Virus record (IMG/VR): IMGVR_UViG_3300008116_000198
Origin: an uncultured virus (IMG/VR IMGVR_UViG_3300008116_000198)
Taxonomy: Duplodnaviria; Heunggongvirae; Uroviricota; Caudoviricetes
Reading direction: 5' to 3' (one strand)
Length of the DNA: 20,000 bases
Shown: piece after piece, positions 1 to 7,176 of the stretch
How positions within the stretch are numbered: the stretch's first letter is position 1
Layout: each line of letters starts with the position of its first letter
The notes under the pieces: generated by a model
Seen by the model: only the letters and a program-made list of their open reading frames with translations
What the model was told of the DNA's origin: nothing
Databases searched by the model: none
Translations under genes and position numbers: made by a program

Positions 1-2
1 CC

Positions 3-383
3 GATGAAGCTGGTGCAGAAGATCCAAAAGAACTAGAAGCCGACGCCGCTAAGAAAAAAGCAGAGGTTGAAAAAGCAAAAGCTGATCTTAAAAAGGCAGA
101 AGATGAGCTTGAACAAAATGCATATATCAAATTGAAGTCAGACAGCGGCGTCAAATATATGATTGGAAAAATTATTGGACAATCATTCAAAACAAATACC
201 ATAGATGCGTTGGCATCTGAAATGGCGCAAAAATTGAAAATAACAACTCCAAATGATGCAGATTTGTTTGAAAAAGATATGGCATTGTATAAAAGCATTC
301 CCGGAATGGTTGAACTAATTGCAGCCATAAAAGAATTGGCCGTGGAAGAACCAAAATCTTCAGAAGAAAAATCTCCAGAATAA
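3..383 (+). CDS. 5'-truncated acidic/charged hypothetical protein, possibly head-associated
   Basis: Frame 3 is open from position 3 (DEAGAEDPKELEADAAKKKAEVEKAKADLKKAEDELEQNAYIKLKSDSG...) to TAA at 381-383, so the 132 start in the track is internal. The head role is inferred only from position upstream of the scaffold and capsid genes. Confidence 0.75.
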   Translation, partial: DEAGAEDPKELEADAAKKKAEVEKAKADLKKAEDELEQNAYIKLKSDSGVKYMIGKIIGQSFKTNTIDALASEMAQKLKITTPNDADLFEKDMALYKSIPGMVELIAAIKELAVEEPKSSEEKSPE

Positions 384-394
384 AATATCAATTT

Positions 395-847
395 ATGAAT
401 ACATTGAAACTAAGACCACTTATCGAAAATTTTCAAGCTCCTTCAGAAGCTCCAAAAAAAGAATGGACCAGTGAATTAAAGAAAGCTGCATTGGAAAATA
501 TTGGTTGTTACAATGAATATGCTCAACATCTTCATCGCGAACAAAGTTTAATGGAAATATCACATAAGCTTTCTGAAATTGTAAAGAATGCCGAAGAACT
601 TGCATTGCACGAAACAGAAAAATCATCTACCGACGGTAAACATTGGTTTGATGAGCAAACAGTAAGAAAAAATTTCGCAAACATGACCAAGGCTATTCAA
701 GAATTCAACAAGTATGCAAAAGAAGCACACATTCTTGAACAAAGAATGCAAGCAACATACGAAGATATTGGTCATTTACTCGAACGTTATTACGAAGTAA
801 AGAACCTTCAAGAAGGTCAGTCCGCAGTTAGCAAAATAGCAAAATAA
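395..847 (+). CDS. Hypothetical alpha-helical/coiled-coil protein, candidate prohead core or internal protein
   Basis: 150 aa, E/K-rich with heptad-like pattern. N-terminus LKLRPLIE and C-terminal LQE resemble prohead-protease sites. Lies directly upstream of the scaffold gene. Confidence 0.7.
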   Translation: MNTLKLRPLIENFQAPSEAPKKEWTSELKKAALENIGCYNEYAQHLHREQSLMEISHKLSEIVKNAEELALHETEKSSTDGKHWFDEQTVRKNFANMTKAIQEFNKYAKEAHILEQRMQATYEDIGHLLERYYEVKNLQEGQSAVSKIAK

Positions 848-887
848 TAAAAATATAAAATATTTTGTATTTTTCGTAAATACATAT

Positions 888-896
888 ATATTTATT
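888..896 (+). promoter_or_regulatory. Candidate late promoter (ATATTTAT motif) for the scaffold-capsid operon
   Basis: ATATTTATT about 95 nt upstream of ATG 990. The same core sits in sense orientation upstream of starts at 5543, 5452 (minus) and 11824. Confidence 0.45.
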
Positions 897-907
897 TATT
901 ATAAAAT

Positions 908-967
908 GCATCATTATTTGATGCTTAGTCGGAATAAAACAATTTCTTGAAACTCTTAATAGTTTCA
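908..967 (+). promoter_or_regulatory. Two stem-loops in the putative 5' leader of the scaffold gene
   Basis: GCATCA-ttatt-TGATGC (908-924) and TGAAACT-cttaat-AGTTTCA (948-967), followed by an AAGGA SD-like element before ATG 990. Confidence 0.45.
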
Positions 968-989
968 TCAACAAAAGGATAAAACTATT

Positions 990-2237
990 ATGTCAGATCT
1001 ACTAAAACAAGCAATTGCCGACGCTAAAGCCGTCCGCGCAACTGCACTATCAAATGCAAAAGCTGCTCTAGAAGAGCACTTTGCACCAAAACTACAAAGC
1101 ATGCTATCTGAAAAACTAGCTGCTGAGATGGCAGAAGAAGAAGCTGCTGCTCCAGAAGCTGTTGCTGCTCCAGAAGCAACACCAGCCGATGCCGCAGTTG
1201 CTCCTGCTCCAGAAGCTGCTCCTGCTCCAGAAGCTGCTCCTGCTCCAGCAGCAGAAGCTCCAGTTGAAGAACCAGCACCTGCACTAGAAGAAGAAGAAAT
1301 TGAAGAATATCAAACTCTAGGCTCAGGACATCCTGACCCAGTTGAGAAGAGTGCTGCATTGGAAGAAGTAAAGAAAGCATCTTCAAATTACAAGGCAAAA
1401 ACCAAGGGACACAAGACCGAAGATCATGGTCAAGAAGTTGTTGACGCAACAAAGTTGTCAACCGCAGGTGAACCAAAGGCAGCTGCCGACAGCCACAAAG
1501 CATCACCTGATTATACAAAGGTGACCGCTGGACACAAAACAGAAGATCCTCAAGGCGCTTCAAATGAAGTTGTCAAATTGGAAGAATCCGATGAAATTAC
1601 AGAAGAATCATTGGATGAAATCCTAAAGGAACTTGAAAATTCAGTCAATGAAGTTGGTGGTATGGAAGAAATGGCCGCTCCTATGGAAGCAGCCGCTCCA
1701 GAAGCCAAAGAAGAAGTTGACGAAGTAATCAACCTAGATGAACTTCTATCCGAAGAAAAGGAAGAAGGCAAAAAGGAAGAAAAAGAAGAAGACGAAAAGG
1801 AAGAAGCCAACGAGTCCATCGTCAAAGAAAATCTTTCGTTGAAGAAGGAAATTGAAGAATACCGTAGCGGAATTGAATTTCTACGGAACCAGATCAATGA
1901 AATTAACCTGCTCAATGCCAAGTTGCTCTACACGAACAAGCTGTTCAAGGGAGCTAACCTAAGCAATGAACAGAAACTGAAAGTAATCGAATCATTTGAC
2001 CTCACAAAGTCCGTTCGTGAAGCCAAACTCGTTTATGCTACACTAGCAGAATCCATCAATAGCGGTGCTAAGAAAGTTGAAACTCCTGTAAAGAAGTCTT
2101 CAACCGTCAAAAACATCACCGAGGGATTGGCCAGTAAGCCAGTTGCATCGACAAAACCAACAACAGCCGCTGTTCTTACAGAAGGTGCCGACATGGCAAA
2201 CCGCTTTAAGAAATTGGCCGGTATTCGTAGCAAGTAA
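990..2237 (+). CDS. Prohead core / scaffolding protein (functional equivalent of T4 gp22)
   Basis: Immediately upstream of the major capsid gene. Highly acidic, with an Ala/Pro/Glu low-complexity linker and a C-terminal coiled coil. Many [LI]-x-E sites (MLSE, ALEE, ILKE, LLSE, TLAE, NITE, VLTE). Ends RFKKLAGI. Confidence 0.8.
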   Translation: MSDLLKQAIADAKAVRATALSNAKAALEEHFAPKLQSMLSEKLAAEMAEEEAAAPEAVAAPEATPADAAVAPAPEAAPAPEAAPAPAAEAPVEEPAPALEEEEIEEYQTLGSGHPDPVEKSAALEEVKKASSNYKAKTKGHKTEDHGQEVVDATKLSTAGEPKAAADSHKASPDYTKVTAGHKTEDPQGASNEVVKLEESDEITEESLDEILKELENSVNEVGGMEEMAAPMEAAAPEAKEEVDEVINLDELLSEEKEEGKKEEKEEDEKEEANESIVKENLSLKKEIEEYRSGIEFLRNQINEINLLNAKLLYTNKLFKGANLSNEQKLKVIESFDLTKSVREAKLVYATLAESINSGAKKVETPVKKSSTVKNITEGLASKPVASTKPTTAAVLTEGADMANRFKKLAGIRSK

Positions 2238-2269
2238 AAATCAACAATCAACCTTAACAAGGAAAAAAT

Positions 2270-3886
2270 ATGTCAGACATCAAATCACTACTAACTGAGA
2301 CAACCAATCCAATGGTTAAGCTCATGAGCGAAACCCGTGGACTAGTGTCCAAATGGGAAAAGACTGGTCTTCTAGAAGGAATTAAGACCGACATGGAAAA
2401 ATCACACATGTCGATTCTTTTGGAAAACCAAGCAAAGCAACTAATCGACGAAGCTACCCGCACTGGTACTTCAGCTAACTCCGAACAATGGGCAGGCGTT
2501 GCTCTTCCATTGGTTCGCCGTGTTTTCGCTGAAATCGCCGCTAAGGAATTCGTCAGCGTTCAGCCAATGAACCTACCATCAGGTCTAGTATTCTATCTAG
2601 ACTTCAAGTATGGTACCAACCAAGCTGGAAAACCAGCATTCGTAAACCAAAGCTTGTTCGGTGGAACAGGAACAAAGTTGGGTTCAACCGACAGCGCAGT
2701 CAATGGTCTATATGGCCAAGGCCGCTTCGGTTACACCATCAATGACGTTTCTGGAAGCTCAAACTTCACAGGAACAGCCACAACTGGTTCATGGTTGGAT
2801 GCAAAGTTCGTTCCAGAACTATCATCATCAATCGTTGCTACCGAAATCATCAAGATCACCGTTGACATGGATCCAGACACATATGGAACCGATCTAAATG
2901 GTGCTCGCGCATTCACGATCTCTGGATCTGGAATCGTTGATTTCTACCCAGCATTCACAAGCGTTTCTGGAAACAATGTTTCGTTCATCGTTTCTGGTTC
3001 CGCAATTGGTGCATCCCCATCCGTAAAGATCGTTTATCACAAGCAACCAGCACCAACAAGCCGTGGCGACTTCGAAGATCTCGGCGCAGGATTGCCAAAT
3101 CAAACAGGTGTTGCCAATGACGTTGGAATTCCAGAAGTCAACCTAGAGTTGAAGTCCGAAGCCATCGTTGCAAAGACACGCAAGTTGAAAGCCGTCTGGA
3201 CACCAGAATTGGCTCAAGACTTGAACGCATATCACTCAATCGACGCAGAAGCAGAATTGACTGCTCTATTGAGCGAATACGTTTCGATGGAAATCGACCT
3301 AGAAATCCTCGACATGTTGGTAACAGCCGCTCCAACAGCAACAACCGAATACTGGTCAGCACGTATCGGTGACGAATATGACACAACACAAAACAAGTTC
3401 GTCGCAACTGCTGCTAACCGTACAGCATACGTAAAGAGCACATGGTTCCAAACATTGGGCAACAAGATCCAAAAGGTCTCCAACAAGATCCACCAGTTGA
3501 CACTACGTGGTGGAGCAAACTTCCTAGTTTGCAGCCCAGACGTTGCAACCATCATCGAATCCATCCCTGGCTTCACAACCAACACAGATGGTGACCAAGC
3601 AAAGTTCGCAATGGGCGTTGCCAAGGTCGGTGCTCTAAGCAACCGTTGGACAGTATACAAGAACCCATACATGACCGACAACGTCATGTTGGTTGGTTTC
3701 CGTGGAAGCAACTTCCTAGAAACCGGCGCTGTATACGCTCCATACATCCCACTGATCCAAACACCATTGGTGTACGATCCAGTGAACTTCACACCACGCC
3801 GTGGTGTGATGACACGTTATGCAAAGAAGATGATCCGCCCAGAATTCTACGGCAAGATCGTCATCGGTGCATTGAACGAAGTCTAA
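2270..3886 (+). CDS. gp23: Major capsid protein, T4 gp23 family
   Basis: Family motifs LLENQ, VQPMNLPSGLVF, AKTRKLKAVWTPELAQDLNAYHSIDAEAEL...EIDLEI, YAPYIPL, FTPRRGVMTRY. AAGGA SD-like element. Strong bias to C-ending codons (AAC, TTC, ATC), typical of high expression. Confidence 0.97.
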   Translation: MSDIKSLLTETTNPMVKLMSETRGLVSKWEKTGLLEGIKTDMEKSHMSILLENQAKQLIDEATRTGTSANSEQWAGVALPLVRRVFAEIAAKEFVSVQPMNLPSGLVFYLDFKYGTNQAGKPAFVNQSLFGGTGTKLGSTDSAVNGLYGQGRFGYTINDVSGSSNFTGTATTGSWLDAKFVPELSSSIVATEIIKITVDMDPDTYGTDLNGARAFTISGSGIVDFYPAFTSVSGNNVSFIVSGSAIGASPSVKIVYHKQPAPTSRGDFEDLGAGLPNQTGVANDVGIPEVNLELKSEAIVAKTRKLKAVWTPELAQDLNAYHSIDAEAELTALLSEYVSMEIDLEILDMLVTAAPTATTEYWSARIGDEYDTTQNKFVATAANRTAYVKSTWFQTLGNKIQKVSNKIHQLTLRGGANFLVCSPDVATIIESIPGFTTNTDGDQAKFAMGVAKVGALSNRWTVYKNPYMTDNVMLVGFRGSNFLETGAVYAPYIPLIQTPLVYDPVNFTPRRGVMTRYAKKMIRPEFYGKIVIGALNEV

Positions 3887-3912
3887 TTCTTAATAGAGTT
3901 AAACTCCTAAAC

Positions 3913-3946
3913 AAAAAGACCCGCAGAAATGCGGGTCTTTTTTATT
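3913..3946 (+). terminator. Rho-independent terminator, probably bidirectional
   Basis: AAAAAGACCCGCA-gaaa-TGCGGGTCTTTTT(TATT): perfect stem, GAAA tetraloop, A and T tracts on either side, about 27 nt after the capsid stop codon. Confidence 0.93.
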
Positions 3947-3980
3947 GTATATATCATATGTATTTTTCGTACAAAATATT

Positions 3981-4772
3981 ATGAAGAAACTAAAATATTT
4001 ATTGTTAAGTTTGTTAACATTGGTATCCATTTTGGTCGCCAATCCTATTGATGACAAGGCATCAAAATTTGTTTTAAATGGTGCGCCAATTAGCAAAATT
4101 ACAAAAGATAATCAATATTTGATCAAAAAAGTATATGCTATTCATTACAGATATGACAAGAAAACAGCAGAGTATGTAGTAGAGCGTCCTACAAAAGAAG
4201 ATATACTTGGTGGAGCAAAAAGGCAGGATGATTTCAGACCAGATCCAGAAATACCAGAAAAGCATCAGTCAAAATTAAGCGACTATGCTGGTAATCCATA
4301 TGATCGTGGTCATATGGTTCCTGCTGGAAATTCAACAAAGAATGCGGACACAATGAGTGAAAGCTTTTTTCTTTCAAACATGGTACCACAAGTTCCAAAT
4401 CATAATCGCGGAATATGGAAGCAATTGGAAACATGTGTAAGAAATTGGGTGGTTGATGAGGGTAAGGATTTATATGTTATTAGTGGTACAGCATATAATC
4501 CAGATCATAAAACAATTGGTGAAAACAAAGTTGGGGTACCAGATTATCTTTGGAAAATTGTGATTGACGCAAAAACAAATACTTCTATATCATTTTTGTT
4601 TCCAAATACTTCATTACCTGTTGAAGATTTACCAAAGTATATTGTTAGTATTTCAGAAATAGAAACAAAAACAGGAATTGATTTTAATCCAAAAATGCCA
4701 TCAAAGCAGCAAAAGGAATTTGAAGCCAGTAAAGCGGATCAAAAGAATTGGACTGGGCTGATCAAGAAATAA
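3981..4772 (+). CDS. DNA/RNA non-specific endonuclease (His-Me finger, NucA/EndoG family) with signal peptide
   Basis: Motifs FRPDP, YDRGHMVPA, FFLSNMVPQ, NRGIWKQLE, VPDYLWKIV, IETKTGIDF. Start placed at ATG 3981 because it gives MKKLKYLLLSLLTLVSILVA-NP, a Sec-type signal. Confidence 0.93.
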   Translation: MKKLKYLLLSLLTLVSILVANPIDDKASKFVLNGAPISKITKDNQYLIKKVYAIHYRYDKKTAEYVVERPTKEDILGGAKRQDDFRPDPEIPEKHQSKLSDYAGNPYDRGHMVPAGNSTKNADTMSESFFLSNMVPQVPNHNRGIWKQLETCVRNWVVDEGKDLYVISGTAYNPDHKTIGENKVGVPDYLWKIVIDAKTNTSISFLFPNTSLPVEDLPKYIVSISEIETKTGIDFNPKMPSKQQKEFEASKADQKNWTGLIKK

Positions 4773-4777
4773 AAATA

Positions 4778-5452
4778 TCAGCCACCTGATTTAAACACAG
4801 AAGCATTCCAATTCATTCTTTTCTTAACACCCTGATTGGTTGTTGTCTTATATTCTTTATGGTTTAAATATTCCTTGGCTGCGTCTTGGAATTTATATTG
4901 GTCCAATAGCTTCATTGTTTCTGGACCAAGATCTCCTTTTTTTCCAAACCCTCTGAATCCCGCATTTATAATTGCGATTTTGATTGTAAGAGGAAATGTA
5001 TCAAATTTCTTCATGAGTCTTTTGGCAGTATCAATTGTTCTATTAATGTCTTTGTTCAACAATTTAATAGCTTCATCATCAGTAAGTCCTTTACTGAAAT
5101 CTTCGCCTTGTTGTATTTTGTGACCATATGCAATAGTATCACTGCCACCTTCTAAACTTTTATGCGGAAACCATTTTTTCAATTGCTTGTTATATCCACC
5201 TCTTGGATTATCTTTGCTGTTTTCAAATTTCATGATTACGTTGGCCGCTTTTGATGCAACATCTTCTACCTTGGCCGTACCACTAAAATCAATATCGGGC
5301 TGCGTATAAGGCTTTCCAGCGGCACTTGACGCTGGTTGTGCATATGCGTGTTGCGCAGGAGGCATCACAAACTTTACTGGTGGTAAATCTGCCACAGGAG
5401 CTTCAATCAATTTTTGTTCTTTTAGTAAATCTTTTAGTTTGATGATACTCAT
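4778..5452 (-). CDS. T4-lysozyme-like (GH24-like) peptidoglycan hydrolase with N-terminal extension
   Basis: IMKFE...GGSDTIAYGH...GLTDDEAIKLLNKDI...AIINAGF...FQDAAKEYL...KRM follows the phage lysozyme pattern. The first ~65 aa are IKLKDLLKE plus a Pro/Ala-rich linker. Confidence 0.8.
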   Translation of the reverse strand: MSIIKLKDLLKEQKLIEAPVADLPPVKFVMPPAQHAYAQPASSAAGKPYTQPDIDFSGTAKVEDVASKAANVIMKFENSKDNPRGGYNKQLKKWFPHKSLEGGSDTIAYGHKIQQGEDFSKGLTDDEAIKLLNKDINRTIDTAKRLMKKFDTFPLTIKIAIINAGFRGFGKKGDLGPETMKLLDQYKFQDAAKEYLNHKEYKTTTNQGVKKRMNWNASVFKSGG

Positions 5453-5458
5453 ATATAT

Positions 5459-5538
5459 TATAAATATGAAGATGACCGAGTATTATGTCTCGCATAATAA
5501 ATATTGCGATATAAACACGGACCATAACCATATTTATA
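5459..5538. promoter_or_regulatory. Divergent promoter region with inverted CATATTTATA copies
   Basis: TATAAATATG at 5459-5468 (CATATTTATA on minus, 6 nt before the lysozyme ATG) and CATATTTATA at 5529-5538 (4 nt before ATG 5543). Confidence 0.55.
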
Positions 5539-5542
5539 TAAT

Positions 5543-6769
5543 ATGGCAGACACATCGATAAATTACACCGTAGATCAGGATCGCGTGAGATGGCCGGGGT
5601 CTGGTTCCGCAATCACACCCGGAAGCGGCTCAACTCCTTTTGGATTTTACGATGGTGATGCAGTTTTTCAGTTGGACGCGCCGAATGCAGCAAAATGGGC
5701 GGCAACAAGATTGGGCTATCCAATCACCGACATTGAAATGATTGACAAAAATTTTTATGCATGTTTTGAAGAAGCATGTTTTGAATATAGCGCACAAGTA
5801 AATCAGTTTAATATTCGCAACAACATGGGTGTGTTGCAAGGAAGTTCAGCCAATGTTAATTTGACCCAAACAAATGTTGCAGCAAGTGGACTGCCACAAT
5901 TGATCAGATTGGCTGAAGGATATGGAACAGAGTTTGGTGTTGGTGGAAAAGTAGATTGGAAAAAAGGATTTATACATGTTGAAGCAAAAAAGCAAACATA
6001 TGATCTTCAGGCTTTGTGGGGAAATGTAAGTGAAAGTTTTGATCGTATTGAAATTCGCAGAATTTTTCATCAGATGCCACCCGCTGCTGCAAGAATTTAT
6101 GATCCATTCAGCATGACTGGTATGAGCTATAGCAATGTATTGAATGAAATGGGATTTGCTGGGTATTCTCCTGCCACACAATTTTTGATGACGCCAATCT
6201 TTGAAGACTTGCTAAGAATGCAGGCAATTGAATTTAATGACCTTGTTAGAAAATCGGCATGGAGTTTTGAATTGGTAAACAACAAATTGAAATTATTCCC
6301 AATTCCAACATATGATTTCACGATGTATTTTGAATATCTGCTTGTGAAAGATCGCGACAGTCAGGGCATATACAATTCTGGTTCATTCTATGTTTCTGGC
6401 AGCAACACTGTTGTTTCATCATCTGTGATTGGAGATTATAGCAATGTGCCTTACAACAATATTCCATACACCACCATAAACAGTGTAGGTAAACAATGGA
6501 TAAGAAAATATTTCCTCGCGCTTTGTAAAGAAGTGCTTGGAAGCATTCGCCAAAAGTATCAAACCATTCCAATTCCCGGAGCAGAAGTCACACTTGATGG
6601 TGGAGAATTGCGTCAAGAAGCATCGTCTGAAAAAGAAGCATTGATTACTCAGCTAAGAGAAAATCTTGAAGCCACTGGCAGAAAAGCTCAAATGGAACTA
6701 AGAGAAGCCGAGGCGCAACAACTTCAAGCAACACTCCAAAAAGTTCCGATGGGAATTTATATTGGATGA
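5543..6769 (+). CDS. gp13: Neck / head-tail adaptor protein, T4 gp13-like
   Basis: N-terminal RLGYPITDIEM and C-terminal WIRKYFLALCKEVLGSIRQKY...IPGAEVTLDGGELRQEA..EKEAL resemble conserved gp13 segments. Followed downstream by gp14- and gp15-like genes. Confidence 0.85.
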   Translation: MADTSINYTVDQDRVRWPGSGSAITPGSGSTPFGFYDGDAVFQLDAPNAAKWAATRLGYPITDIEMIDKNFYACFEEACFEYSAQVNQFNIRNNMGVLQGSSANVNLTQTNVAASGLPQLIRLAEGYGTEFGVGGKVDWKKGFIHVEAKKQTYDLQALWGNVSESFDRIEIRRIFHQMPPAAARIYDPFSMTGMSYSNVLNEMGFAGYSPATQFLMTPIFEDLLRMQAIEFNDLVRKSAWSFELVNNKLKLFPIPTYDFTMYFEYLLVKDRDSQGIYNSGSFYVSGSNTVVSSSVIGDYSNVPYNNIPYTTINSVGKQWIRKYFLALCKEVLGSIRQKYQTIPIPGAEVTLDGGELRQEASSEKEALITQLRENLEATGRKAQMELREAEAQQLQATLQKVPMGIYIG

Positions 6770-7173
6770 AACCTTTCTCGTTACTAGATCAAGTATTGTC
6801 CGAGAGTGAAAGAAAAAGAATGAAATTTGTCGGACTAAAAAGAACTCTCAAACCGAGAGGCAAGTTCACATCATTGGAAAGAAAATATTATCTCATGCTG
6901 AAGAACTTGGATGTCTATTATGTTCCGCAATATCCGATGGGAGGAAGATATTACGACGCATATCTGCCAGATCAAAACATACTATTTGAATTTGATGGTT
7001 CATTTTGGCATCCAAAGAATGAAGATGATGCAAAATATGATTTTCAGAAAAAAGCATTTAAAGTTGATGAACTGAAAAACAAGATGGCTGAAAAGAAAGG
7101 AATGAAGATCATTCGCATTCGTGAAGATGAACCAATCACATTGGAACAGATGAAAAAATTGATCTTCTCATAA
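6766..7173 (+). CDS. Vsr/DUF559-like PD-(D/E)xK-fold endonuclease
   Basis: TSLE...PQYPMGGRYYDAYLPDQNILFEFDGSFWH...DELKNKMAEKKGMKIIRIRE matches the Vsr/DUF559 pattern. ATGA overlap with the gp13 stop codon. Confidence 0.82.
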   Translation: MKPFSLLDQVLSESERKRMKFVGLKRTLKPRGKFTSLERKYYLMLKNLDVYYVPQYPMGGRYYDAYLPDQNILFEFDGSFWHPKNEDDAKYDFQKKAFKVDELKNKMAEKKGMKIIRIREDEPITLEQMKKLIFS

Positions 7174-7176
7174 GTT

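Noticed and set aside
132..383. 83-aa stand-alone ORF
   Set aside because: The frame is open back to the window edge, so this is the 3' part of a longer gene.
3945..3980. Upstream TTG start of the nuclease given in the ORF track
   Set aside because: It abuts the terminator tail. ATG 3981 gives a canonical signal peptide.
6766..7173. Group I intron or intein interrupting the neck gene
   Set aside because: gp13 has an intact C-terminus and stop codon, the flanks leave no room for intron core structure, and no intein splice motifs were seen.
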